64,000 nt of DNA. Origin: Paragordius varius. Its lineage: Eukaryota > Animalia > Nematomorpha. The notes beneath the pieces were generated by a model, which made no database searches, was not told where the DNA came from, and saw only the letters and a list, made by a program, of their open reading frames with translations. Shown piece after piece: positions 49,577 to 62,822 of the stretch; position 1 is the stretch's first letter, and every line of letters starts with the position of its first letter. The stretch spans positions 496,001-560,000 of the forward strand of contig OZ176055.1 in assembly GCA_964247055.1 (NCBI GenBank), read 5' to 3'. Made by a program: the position numbers and the translations under genes.

Positions 49577-52500
49577 TTAACAATATTTTAAACGCCTTCT
49601 CACAACAATTTTATTGGTGTTTGGATTAACAGGTAAAATGGATCGTGGGAATTGATTTAATTCGCTGTATGGGGACAATGGGACACATTGAACTTTAAGT
49701 GGTATAACTTGTCTGTGTTCTACGTAACGGCTTTTTTCATAAGTAGCAAAATCAAAATTAGACCTTTCCCAAAAAGTTTGAGGGCTATTCGTGTGGTTTT
49801 GTGATATGGATTCATTCATAATTGCTATGCGTGTCCCGTCTCGTATGACTTGTACATAAGCCTACATAAAGCATTAAAGGCTCCAAAAATTAAAATTGTA
49901 CTACGTACTAAAAAAGTAAAAATGTAAATATTTCTGTCTAGAATAGACCCAACCATGCTTTTTAAACTTAACTCATTGGCTTAAACTGCAAATGAAAGGG
50001 AAAATAGTTACACAATCAATCATTTTTTTTAATATTGTTTAACATTAAAAATTAAGGTTTAAAAATGAAGGTTTAAAAATGTATGGTTGTTTTTTAAAAA
50101 AATATTTTAGTTTTAACGTTTTGTCTGGATAATTTGAATTTTTACTGTAAAATATATTGTAACATAATCCTTAAATAAATTTAAAAACATCATTTTAAGG
50201 CCTTCCTGACTACTAATAAAACTAAATTATTACGGAAGATATCTGCAATTAACTTAATAAAAATGAAACACATTTCGTATATTGCGAATTTCGCTAATCT
50301 ATGCAGGGGATTTTTAAGAGCAACTTGAACTTATTGATATATTGTGATTAAAGTACTGTTGATCGAATAAGTAAACAAATAATATAATTTTTAAATACTT
50401 AAAAAACTAAAAAGTCAGCCCTTATCACTTTATAATTCGTGTCAGGTCGTTTCGTCCAATTTTAAATACCGCCTTAAGATAAATACCCCTCTCCAAAAAG
50501 CGAATTTTAAACGAAAACAGAGATCAGTTCAAAAAGTTTTTTTTGCATTTTCAAAATATGGATCCTTCTAAAAAACTCTTCTTAAATATTTTAATTCGAA
50601 CCGATTGATTCCGTTCTAATTCGATATACATTTCATTGCCCAAGTCCAAATTAATGAGAATAATGTTACATGAATGCGCATAGTTGAGATTAACCAAATA
50701 TCTATTCTATAGAATATAAGGATAGATACATAAATATTTATAAAATTTTTATAAGCAAGATATAATATAAAAAAAAGGTATTTAACTCTATTCAAAGCAT
50801 GTGTTTGAAAAGTAAAAATTAAAATTTTACGGACATTAAACTATAAAGACAAAAATTTTTTTTAGGACAAATATACTTTTTAAAATCTTAATTTATCCTA
50901 TATTATTTTAGAATAGAAATTGTTTGTGTTACCAATTTTCATCTCTAATATATATTTGCAGTTAAAAACAATCATTTATATGTAAAAAGCTCAGATTAAA
51001 AAAGTATGGGGTTATTTTAGGAAAAAATATTTGTCTTTATATTTTTATGTTTTGTCCGTATAATCAACAGTATATATTGGTCGACCGCCCTTATATAACC
51101 TTTACTAGGAGTGGGCTTTAAATAAACAGACCCAATAAAGTAATTAATTATTAATTAATAACAACGCTTTTAGTCTTTACTAAATTAAGTATTTATAAAA
51201 CTTAATATAAACTGAAATTATAAGGACAAAACGTAAAAATATAAATACAAATATTTTTTTGTAAAAGATAGTCATACTTTTAAAATCATAATTTTTTTCA
51301 ATATAACTCATTGTTTTAAATGGAAAAGTATAAAATAAAAATATATATTACTAACACTATCAATTCTATATTTTACAATTTAACTAAAAAGCTTATATAT
51401 GAAAGGTTAAGGTTTTAAAAAATATGGTTGTCTTTTAAATAAAAATATTTGTCTTTATATTTTTAAGTTTTGTCCGAATTTCAATTTTTACTGTATATTA
51501 TATATATAGCAACAAACATTCTTAAATAATAATCAATTCTTTTTAAGCATGCCTTTAAAAATTGACATGTAGTGGATCCCTCTAAACTTTTCAAAATAAA
51601 CAGACCGATAAAATAAGAATTAACTCATGCTAATCATGTTGCACTTTTCCATTTTTTTTAAGTTTTTCCAAATTTTTACGTTAAAATTGTTTCGAGTTTA
51701 TCTCAAAGGGGAAGAGTTATATCTGGATATTTTAAAGACTATATTTTTCCAACAATCAAGGTCAATATGAGGGTCATAGCCCATTGTATATGTATATAAA
51801 ATAAATACCATTCCAATTATCTCATGAATGTTAAACAACTTTAAAGTTCTGATGGTGTGAGCCATATCAAACGCAAAAGGAAACACATCCAAATAATCCA
51901 TTTGATTTATTATGTATTGATGATAATGGCTTTCATAATAGATATCAATTGTAACTATATAGGGCCTAGAGGTATCAATATACCTACGCAATCTGACATT
52001 CCTTTAATTAATTAGGAAAAGATACGTTAAAAACTGAAATTATACGGACAAAACGTAAAAAATAAAGACAAATGTTTTTTTCCCAAGCGACAACCATACT
52101 TTTTTAACCTTAATTTATTTCAATAGAATTCATTGTTTTAAATGGCAAAATCTGAAATAGATATTAAAACAATCAATTCATTATTTTACAATTGTAACTA
52201 AATAGATTATAATTGAAATACTAAGATTTTAAAGAGAATGTATGGTTGTTTTTTGGATAAAAATATTTGTCTTTATATGTTTACGTTGTGTCTGTACAAT
52301 TTCAATTTTTACTGTAATTATAAATTTTTAACTAAATAAATTTGATAAACCCGTAGGCTAATCTCGCTAAGCGATAAAAAAATATTTAACTAAAACAAGG
52401 GTGTCCAACATGCTGCCCGCGAAAAATTTGAAAATTTATAATTTGCGAAAAGAATATGCTGCTCAAAAAATGTTAGCAAATTTGAAAATTATTTAACAAT

Positions 52501-55500
52501 CTCCTGTTAGTCCATGAACAACACATCATTATAAATTATTATAAAATAGTTATTTGCTGGTTTACATAATTGTATGACTAACTTATATTTCATGCTTTGA
52601 AAAAATACTTTTTGAAGTATATAATGATGCAAATAAAATTAGTAATTTTGATATATTGCGTTTGAATCATGAATAATAAATAATTGTCTATTAATATCCC
52701 CCTTTACAAATTATCGACCATATAAATCGGCTTTGATTTCGCCCCACCCCCCAGCGCTATGTTGGATTTTTTTAGCCCAAAATTTAACATTGGCAAACCC
52801 ATTACTTATTCGTTTAAAAATATTTGTTTTGTTGCAAACTTTTACATAAACAACTAATGTTTGAGGTTAATATTTTTTTCATGGTTGACTTAATCCCTAT
52901 ATTAACTTTGTAAATTCCTCTTAGCTCGGATAAGAAATATTAATCATACCTTAGAAGTATAGCGTCTGTGTCCGTGCGCCAAAAAATATTATAAACGGCA
53001 TAATATCTTGTTAAGTAAGAACAGATTGTTGAATCATGGATAAATAATTCTGGTAAATACAGTAAAAAAATGAAATTATACGGACAAAACGTAAAAATAT
53101 TAACAGACAATAATATTTTAAAAGACAACCAAACCCTTTTAAATTTTAATCTATTCTATGTAAATCATATAACAACAATCAAAAAATACATATCATTGTA
53201 GTACTAATATACATCTGTATTTCATACTTTGGAGTTTAAAACAATGAGTTTTATTTAAAACAATTAAATTTGAAAAGTATGGTTATCTTTTAAAAAAAAT
53301 ATTTATCTTTGTTTTTACGTTTTGTCCGTTAAATTTGAATTTTTACTGTTAAAATTAAAACGTATATTTATTAATAATGAAACTTAATAAATTATTTGGG
53401 GGAAATTATATGCATGAAAATTTATGATTATATATATATATATATATATATATACCTTGGTCCCACTTGGTAGTAAAATCCGATACGCCATCCTCAGCTA
53501 TTAAACAAAAATTTTTTATAACAACCATTATAATTATATTGGCAGAATTTTTTTATATAATAAACAATTTATGCAACTTATTTATACAAATAAAAATTAA
53601 TTAATCACTTAGTGCCAAATCACAGGACCTAAACCAAAATGCAAAATTAATCAAATTTTCGATTCGTAAAAAATTTGAAAGGGATGATATCTGAATTATC
53701 AATTCCAGTATATTGGCATATTCTATGGGCAGAGATCCACGATATATGATTGAACGATCTGTATAAAAGGCATATATTTCAGCACCTTTTCCCACCATTT
53801 GAATAATTCTTAACTAAAAATAAAGACATTGTTAAAGGATTAGATTTTAAAGCATTGATGCTCGAATTGTGACTGACCAACTGTGTATGCATACGGGCCC
53901 TAAAAATGCTTTTTATGGTCTTGAATTATTTATTTTTTCATCCACTTATTTAGAGTATAATTACCTGCGAATATGTTAAACAGCTGTGAGATTTTATTGG
54001 TATTATATTATTGCTATTAAAAATACTTTTTGGCCCCTTAAAAAAATATTTTTATGTACCAGTGGTTTAAAGTATTGGTGTATTTAGAAATATATTAATA
54101 TTTTTACACAGGGCCTGTTACTAGATCAGGTGAAATGAGTAAACCGCAAACAGATTAGGCATTTGGATATTTTATTTAAGACCGAGGTTGTTTTTTCAAT
54201 TTTGTAACCCCTGAACTAGGTTCTATAAAAATGTAGTATGCTCCCCGCGACTAATTACTAATCTGTATACATCAATTTATTTCTCAAAAAATTATACTCA
54301 TTTCATGCCATATAAAATATGCAGTTTTGAGCAGAGGTGTCCAACATTAGCTTCGCTGGCCGAAAATATAGGGTATCATTATATTTTTATTAGATTTAAA
54401 TATTAGACTGTGAAAACATGACAACATAATATATATAACCACCATTTGTTTCACCTATTTTGGCTAGTTTTTTGCCAATAGTAAAACTTTCAGAACACTC
54501 GATTAAAAATTCAATTTCACTAGATTTTGTAACCTTTAAAAGTTTTAACATTCTGCTATTAATATATATAAAATTGACAAATTATTACTAAACAGAGAGT
54601 TATAGAAAAGAGTATATCAAAATTATTTAAAGCAGCGAAAAATTTGATATTGCACTTCTTGAAATCGTTATTGATGTCTTAAAATTTTTTACATACGTAA
54701 GGTAAAAATTATGCGAAATATATATAGGTAATAAATTGTCTAAATGTTTATATTAATTACTATTCTTTATTTATAAAGTTAGGTAAAATAAAGAAGTCTA
54801 ATCTTGATTACTATAAAATATTTTAATTACCTAAAAACCCCAATATTTCTTAACTCATATAAAGTTAAAAAGGTATAATAAAATTAATTAATAAGTCACT
54901 TTATCTAAAGCAATGTTATGGTTCGATAAATTATATAGGTTCGTAAATTTTAAGGAATTCGACTCCAACGATTGATTCCATCCACTTTGATTGCTGCTTA
55001 TTCGCTGTCCTAAAATTGTTAACCCACTCAAAACTCTGTGATCCACATCTATAATAAACTGAAAAATAAAATAAACGATTTACAGTATATGAGTAAGTAG
55101 ACTTTTTTATAACTTATGGCCGCATAGCATATAAAGCTAAGGAAAATAACTAATATTTGTTCACTTTTTACTGGTATTATCCAATAATAATGTTCCTTAA
55201 TGCATATGCTCTCTGGCAATGTATATTAAAGAACTAGAAATGTATATTTAGCCATCTGTATATAACAAGCGTAGTCATAAGTCATTACTGGTTAAGAGAA
55301 ACGTGAGTGAAAACTATACAAACGATTGATTTGACACAGACCTTATTTTGTTCATCTAACATTAAGCGACAAGCAAATACAAGTTAAACCGGCCAAAATC
55401 ATGTGGAATATTGTACCTAAAAAACATTTGTGGCACGCAAGATTTTCATATTTCTTCAGATGAAAAAAGCTGTTGAAAGTCATCTTTTGCTGATAGAATC

Positions 55501-56388
55501 ATATGTCATTGGTCCATTGATAACAACACGCGTATCATGATTTCGAAATATTATTGTGATTTTAGTGTGAAAGAGAGTGGGCGCTATGGTAGGCCACACA
55601 ATTTCAAAGACTATAGCGCATAAGTAATTGGATGATGATGCAACTCAAACTTAACGGCAATTAACAGAATCATTACATGTATTGTATTATAAGTAAAACA
55701 CCTACGAGCAATGGGAAAGATCACTAAACGGAATTATTTTTGCATCGTATTGGGAGGGGTAATGAGAAAGGAGAAAAATCGTGGCTTTCATCTTGCCAAA
55801 CTGGTTCGTCAACACCAAAACTAAACCGCTTCGGCAAGAAAACCATGTTTTGTGTGTTGCGAGATCAGAGCGCTATTGTGCACACTAGGCGAAACCTTAA
55901 TACACAATATTATCGCCAACAAATCATTAATATACACCATAAATTAATCCAAAAACGACAGGAATAGGCCGGATGAGACAAGGCAATATGATTTTGCTAC
56001 ATGACACTCCGTTTTAAGCAGCATGACAACAAAAGACAACTTAAACTTTTATGGGATTTTTTCCGTCTGCGCTTCTCCTGACTTCACACCACCTGAATTA
56101 CCTCTTCGCAATAAAGCTAAATTTCGAAGGCGCTGGAAAATGGCTTGACAAATAGTTTGCCGCAAAAACAATCAGTTGTTCTAGTATGACATATATTACC
56201 TCTGAGAGCCAAATGTGTAAAATTCGATGGACATAGAATAAAATTAATATTTTAAAATTATGTTGGTGTTTTTACCAAAACGGTATAATTTATGACTAGA
56301 TCTTGTACATTATGTTTTTATATCAGTATATAACCCTAGACTTTGAGATTCAGTTCAATTTAATCTTTAAACATACTTCTAATTGTTG

Positions 56389-56437
<49 letters not shown>

Positions 56438-57287
56438 GTGGAAGTTTGGAATTATAAACTTACATTTTAACAAAATTCTAATTATTCGCTACCCATTCTG
56501 TTCTACGTCAAATTTATCATTATTGAGCGTTTTCAAATAACAATGTAATTTTAAACAAATTTGAAAATATCTCGTTTTATTGCCTTTTACGTTATATTAA
56601 ATTACATACTGAAAAATATTTTTAAAAATAAAGAATAATAAATATTGAAAACGATGTAAAGGTGTTAAAGGATGATTAATATTTGAGTTTAATCAAAAAG
56701 GTATTTTGAAGAATAACGAAATTAATATTTAAATGTTTATATATAGTCTCTTCAGAGCTCTTAGGAGTAAATAAGCATTTTTATCGGAATATTTGCAATC
56801 TCTCAGAATTTGATCAATCTTAACTTTATAAAATAAGAAAAAAATCATATATTACATTGAATTGATGTAAATTAGATAAGTTTTGCAAATCTTGCCGGCC
56901 CAACAGAATGTTTTGAGGTATATTTATTATGTAATCGTAGTTATTGCTTTTAACTCGTAGAGCCATACTTTTAAACCAGGAATTTTCACGGCATTCGGTA
57001 TCTATGTGGGGACTGATATTTTTGTAAAATTAAAATAAAAATTGAAATTATACAGACAAATTTCCAGTAAAACTAAAAGACATATATTTTTAAAGAAATT
57101 TTGATTTTTTTGAATATAACTCGTAGTTTTGGGTTGAGAAAAGGAGATTAAAGGTGCTAATTGTTAATATCCTCAATTATATGAATCAAAAAGGAATTAT
57201 TTAATTTATTCAAAAAATTTTAGAGTTACTGAAATTATAATATATTTAATTACATGAGTGGGGATGGACAATGGCAATATAACCCTT
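49577..57287 (-). CDS. Unknown protein family, paralog M1 (5' end not located); exons 57287-57254, A 57012-56856, B 55058-54900, C ~53809-53609, D 53049-52950, E 51992-51809, F 49861-49577
   Basis: Open frames with AG/GT ends: PHIDTECRENSWFK..., FIIDVDHRVLSGLTIL...NQSL...ALDK, IIQMVGKGAEIYAFYTDRSIIYRG...FRSC, LFIHDSTICS...YNIFW...LLR, AHTIRTLKLFNIHEIIG, VQCVP...RRRLKYC*. The B-to-C junction carries one extra A relative to M2. Confidence 0.62.
53060..53348. mobile_element. MITE family A copy abutting a minus-strand splice acceptor
   Basis: TA|CAGTAAAAAAATGAAATTATACGGAC...TTTTTACTG. Its left end lies ~10 nt from the minus-strand AG at 53051-53050. Confidence 0.85.
55263..56307 (+). mobile_element. 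Decayed mariner transposon (~1.05 kb), intronic in M1
   Basis: Imperfect TIRs (ACAAGCGTAGTCATAAGT / ATTTATGACTAGATCTTGTA). Transposase remnants: SGRYGRP, LDDDATQT, KSWLSSCQTGSSTPKLNRFGKKTMFCV, YYRQQIINIHHKLIQKR, ILLHD. Confidence 0.8.
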
Positions 57288-58604
57288 CTATATATATATA
57301 TATATATAAATATCTCTAAAACCTGTGACTTCTGGAAAAGTTAATAATGAACTAATAATTGATAAATGTATAGAAATAATTTTTTTAATCATTTTATGTT
57401 TAGCGTAGAAATTTTAATTGAAAATGAATTCATATAAAAATAAATTTTGGATTGTTAATGAGAGGTCATGAAAAGCTTAGCATTTTACACTGTTAAAAGG
57501 ATAGTATAAATTTGCAATTGTTAAAAAATATAAATGTACATTTCATTTAAAATATTTTATTAAAAACAATAATTTATTTTGGGATATTTTTTGCCCCACA
57601 AGCGGACTGATTTTTATTTATTATAAATTTTCAAAGCTAACATAAATTAACATAATGATGTATTGGATATAGAAAATATTTTACATGATAGTAACACCTA
57701 CAATCTATAAAATGGATTCACTTTAATTTAAAACGAAACAACTAATTTAAAAAGTCAAAATCTATTATTTTTTGATTAAACATACGTTAAATATTAAAAT
57801 TATATGGACAAAATGTAAAAATGAAAACTCAAATATTGTTTTCTAAAAGACATCCATACTTTCTAATTTTTGATTTTTCTAATTATAACTGATTGTTTTA
57901 ACCTGAAAATTATAAAATAGAGATATAATTTTGGTAAAACAATTAATTATATATTTTACAATAAGTAAATAATTTATATAAAAAATTAAGGTTTAAAAAG
58001 CATGGTTTTCTAAAAAATTTGTCCTTATATTTTTTAAGTTTTGTACGTATAATCTCAAGTTCTGAATATAGATAATGTATTTGAAAACTCAATATGGTTT
58101 TATACACTTTTTCTTAAATAATTTAAAAGAAGAATTCAAAAAATATATGTTTAAATTTAATAAAAGATTTTGAATTATTCTAACTATGCACCAAAGAAGG
58201 TTTTATATAATATATGAACTTTGTCCCAATATTAGATATGTTTTATGAATATAAAATGTGAAATAGTATCGGTAGTACAACTTAAAAGTAAAAAAGTGTT
58301 TAAAAATATATTCTAGAACAAAATGACATGGAATTTTTTGGAAATATTTACAATATGCTTAAAAGGCAACCATATTTTATACTCCCGTATATCATGTCTG
58401 TTTTTTATATTAAGGGTATTGATGGTCAAATAGCCTCAAAAGTATGGAAATGAAAAAAAATTAACAAAAAAATGCAGATTTTTTTAATTTTAGAAATATT
58501 TTTTAATAAAAATGCCTTAAAACGCTATTTTTTAATTTTTATCCCAATATCAATAAGTCTCAAAAGTAATAAAACTAAATAATTTTGATATATAATAAAA
58601 AAAT

Positions 58605-58675
58605 TGCACCTCCCGGGACTCGAACCCGGGTCGCAAGAATGGGAATCTTGCATGATACCCCTACACCAGAGGTGC
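58605..58675 (-). tRNA. tRNA-Gly (anticodon CCC)
   Basis: Minus strand reads GCACCTCTGGTGTAGGGGTATCATGCAAGATTCCCATTCTTGCGACCCGGGTTCGAGTCCCGGGAGGTGCA (71 nt) with all stems paired and a T7 terminator at 58603-58597. Confidence 0.95.
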
Positions 58676-58989
58676 ACCTGTCCTTACAATGATTTAATAG
58701 ATTTATATTTTATAGTTTTTTTATGAAAGAAAGCTAATCTATATTATTCATAATAACTTGTTACCATTAATTTATGAGAGGGACACCTCCTATGATACTT
58801 TTTGCATTTATAAATAAATATGTATATATATATTATAAGTTCCATTGAATATCTTTGTTAGAAGCCCTTAATAATGATTGACGTCCCCCTGCCCTGAGGC
58901 GCGTAAAAGCTTAGGAAGGCGGTAAGGGTCGTCCTGTGCGAACAGTGACGGTATGAAGCAAGCTTGTCACACCCTTTTCTGTGGATTTA

Positions 58990-59660
58990 TAAAAATGGGT
59001 GGTGGCTTTGTGATGTGTTTCCGGAAAACCGGTAAATCAATTCTAATCCAAATACCAAAAAAAATTATCAATGAATACTCCGACAATAGCTTAGCCCTTT
59101 TTTTGAATTAGGTTTCCAGTTCAGGCCCAGCCCGTGTAAAAAACGGGTTTTTTTTAGCAGAAGTCCACAAAAATCCTTTCTAAGACAATTTTTCGAGTAT
59201 GTTGGACCATTCAATCAAATATGATTTTTTTTACTTATTTTCGTTTGCGCTGATAGTCGACTCGCTTTTTTAGTTTACGCCTTCTTTTTACCCACTTCCC
59301 CCGTAAAATGCCCTTTTTTTCCAAAAATTAAGTCCACAAAAATAATTTTCTGAATCTATTTTTCGCCCAAGGTATGAGACCGTAAAAATTTTATGAGAAT
59401 TCCAGGTATTCCCTGTTAAAAAACAAAAATTTTAGTCAAGCGTTTCTTCGATGATAGCTGCTGGGTAAGGAAAAACCCGCTAAAAGCTGACCCGCGTGCT
59501 TTTGAGGCTAATAATCAGAAAACCTATCAGACCATATGAGTTCAAAGCTGCTTAAAAATATTACCCGTGAGAAGGCAAATATTTATCGTGCGGTTTTTTT
59601 AAAATTAGCCGTTTCACGCCCTAAAAAATGCGCCACTATAGAATGATTTTTTAATTTTGA
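58990..59660 (-). repeat. Dispersed repeat family D copy
   Basis: Collinear with 46790-47470. Confidence 0.75.
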
Positions 59661-60579
59661 GGCAATCATTAGCATATAAATATCAACCCGTTTTAATAGA
59701 TTCAAATATAATAAAAAATTAAAGGGCTGCTAAAAATTCTTGTCTCAAGAACAGAGGAACATATTATAGTTATTAAAACTTGCAGATTTTGATACAAAAA
59801 AAGTATATCATATAATTTATTATGAATTCAGGGCCATAAAAATGCTTTTAGTGCAGCAGTTTTACTAAAGATAACTAAAGTTTAATTCTTACTTTAGCCG
59901 AAACTGTCTTTTTAAAAAATTCAAGAAAAAATGGGGCATAATCTGAAAATTTTTTAATTTCACATTTCTAATTTGAAGAATGCATATAAAAGCCATCAAA
60001 AGATGTAACTTTAATAAATAATTTATTAGTATAAGTGTATATATAATTGCAATATTCGTTGGGTTTGAAAGTTTACTTATATATAAATTAAAAAATGTTT
60101 CAGTTGTCTAAAATTCTTATAAATTATACCAATATCAGGGTATTAAGGTGTTGAAAAAGGTGTAGCAGACCCATGTCCCCATTCACAAAAGAAGTCCCTT
60201 GCTGTTCTTCCATACACCAAATGGTGGTTCAGTGACAGCCGTCTAAAGGGCTATATTAATGTGACCAGATATTTTTAACTTAAAAGCAGTACAAAATTAA
60301 AACACACTTTGCCTGTTTCTACACCATAGGTGTGGTATATATAACACAGTTTCCACAAAAAAATTTCCAGATGAAATATATCTACTCTGATAGGAAAATA
60401 TCGGGGTTATCATGGTGCTTCTGGTTTTAGATGGGGGCTTTGAAAGTCCTAAATTTTTTGGTCTTAAAACTACTGCTCTCTTAAAATAATCGCAAAAATT
60501 CCATTATGCAATAGTTTTAAATATATGCTAAATTTTGATATCAACTAAATATATTTTTTAAAATGCACATTTGATTTTT

Positions 60580-61302
60580 AGCAAATTTTGCCATGCTTCA
60601 TACTAATTTCCGCATGATGGAAACGATATAAACGGTTGTTCTAATATTTTTATGTAATTCGATAATGCTAATTTATCAATCAAAATTTTAAGTAAAATAT
60701 TCGTTCGTTTTCAAATTTAGTTTAATTAAAAATGGTGTTTTTTCGAAAATTCACCAAAATTTGCAGACAAAAAAACCTTTAAATTTAACTCTATGTTCAA
60801 CATCGAATTTATTAGAAAAAGGGTTTTATTATATTTTAAAGCAACCATGTCCATCATGCTTCGAAATTGTTAGAAGTATTCAACAAAATATCTCAATTTT
60901 GTTGCAAAAACAAGAAATTTAATAAACATAAATAGGAAAAAATTTAGTATCATACCTTCCACCTAATGAGAATAGAAAACGTAATCTTAATTTTTACGAA
61001 AAAAATTTTTATTTCGAAATCATATACCATAATAATAAATATTAATTAATACTTACGGAGATAACAATTTTCTATATAATTTTCCGTTTGATAATTTTAA
61101 AAAATAATTTTAACCTTGATCAAACTTTTATTAAAATATCATAAATTAATTTTGTTAATTTTAAATTTTGAGATATCTTTATTTGCGGAAGCCTCTGTGT
61201 GAAAGAGCCATTAGCCTGAATCTTACGATGGAGTCCGAGATTTATAGTTTCGCCAATGTGCGAAAGGCTACAATTATAAGGTTTGACCGATTCAAAATCC
61301 AA
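60580..61302 (-). pseudogene. Decayed third copy (M0) of the unknown paralog family: B-like and C-like segments
   Basis: TINLGLHRKI...TQRLPQIKISQNLKL...ILIK|gt resembles exon B, including the phase-0 K|GT end. NILLKILIDKLALSNYIKI...FPSC resembles M1 exon C (NILELIIQISSLSNFLRI...FRSC). In-frame stops are present and there is no clean acceptor. Confidence 0.4.
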
Positions 61303-62822
61303 TTTTATTTATAATTCGAGCAAAAAACAAAATATTAACCAATTAAAAATAGGCCAATCTTAGTTTTTTACCGCAAAATGAACAATATGTTTACAAATTA
61401 TGAGTTTATTTTTACGGACTATATCAAATTATAAAATAATTTTTTTGAAAAAAGGTATCATAAGTAATTATTTTTTTTAATTTTAAAAAGCAGTACAAAA
61501 GTGAGCGCTGTACAGTCGCAGTTTATTTCTGAAAATCCAGTACTGTACTGCCAAAAACAGCCTATCTGGTCACTTTAGGCTATATTTATTTGGATACTAA
61601 ATTGATGTTTAATTAAAATATATCCATTCAAATTCCAAAATTATCAAATATTTAAATCAATATTTATATTATACATAAGTTTTATGTTTGATCGAGTAAT
61701 ATGCAAATAAATTGATTAAAGTGGAAATAAATTTTTCTACATTGAATTTTTTTTATCCTTATTTTTTTGAGATGTATATGTCACAACGATCATATTAAGA
61801 TAGGTGTGATATCTTGAGAAAGTTTGTACTGTGTAATGCGCTTTAACAAAAATTTAGTGTATTAAAAGCAAAGTGTGTCCTTTTTTTGATAGATATATTG
61901 TGTGATGTGATATTCCGTTTAGTTTGAAAAACAGTTTTATTTTAATGGGAATCGAAAATCAGAGTGTTGGTTGGTGCTTAACAGACAATTAAAATATCCG
62001 TTTTATTTGGAAAACTATATTTTATCTTAACATATTTTATTTGGATGAGTGTTATTCGTTTAATATAGATTAAATACTTAATAAAACTCAAGGACTAACA
62101 TAGATCAATAAATAGTATACCAGGAAAATAAAAAAACATGGCAATTATTATAGTGTAACATTAAATTTTAGTTTAGAAAGTTAATACTTTTAAACCTAAA
62201 AATTTTTATTTTAACCTCTAACCACTATATACCGACACCTGCAATAATTTTTAACAGATAACCGGATTCTTGTGATATCGAAACACGATTCTTTAGATTT
62301 TTGGAGAAACGGGTGTGCCATATGTATTTATTTTTTTAGTTTAAATTGCTCGTCAAAATAAAATGACCATCATGATTTTATAATTTAAATATTTTTAAAA
62401 AAAATTGATCGTACTTTTTTTTCGTATTTCATTAAGTCGGATTTGATATGCTAACAATTTTTTCTGGATATTATATTTACACTTAAAGACTGACAAACAA
62501 TTTAGGCGTTATATATTAACAACATTTTTACCTCATAAATTTGTATTAACTTCTGGGTAAAAAACCATAAATTATATTAGAGTCTCAAAGCTTAGGAACA
62601 GGGAAATATAGTAAAAGTAGAGCCGGTTCCGGAACTGTTTACAATTTTAATTTTAAAAAATTACCCTGGCTACGCTTACAAAATATTAGGAACCACCTCA
62701 ATTCATTAAACTCGATACTAGGACGATTTTTTTTGAACCTGTTCGAAGACCTGATTTTACATATTTAAAAATATGGGTCACATAAACGTTTTTTTCACAT
62801 ACAAAATTTATAATATAATTTA

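Larger units (their letters stand above)
14197..58050. mobile_element. MITE family A (~285 bp, ~90-bp TIR CAGTAAAAATTGAAATTATACGGACAAAACGTAAAAATATAAAGACAAA..., TA flanks; Tc1/mariner-type): ~27 near-complete copies plus fragments across this span
   Basis: Approximate starts: 14197, 15071, 16048, 19594, 20901, 22125, 23852, 24701, 25765, 26640, 27973, 30539, 31600, 32740, 33845, 38630, 40302, 41210, 42838, 43838, 49200, 49905, 50810, 51205, 52030, 53060, 57790. Intact copies read TA-CAGT...ACTG-TA. Confidence 0.88.

Noticed and set aside
51809-51870. AFDMAH...HEIIG as a zinc metalloprotease (HEXXH) site
   Set aside because: No HEXXH is present, and paralog M2 has AHAIKVL...TQLEG at the same position, so HE is not conserved.
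24379-53128. Many 60-100-aa F/I/K/Y-rich ORFs (e.g. 24379, 24818, 25720, 33748, 33894, 34110, 38557, 49189)
   Set aside because: Translations of AT-rich MITE sequence, not genes.
60140-60460. Exon-like open stretches on both strands
   Set aside because: No strand or frame could be chosen, and the similarity to M-family exons D/E is not convincing.
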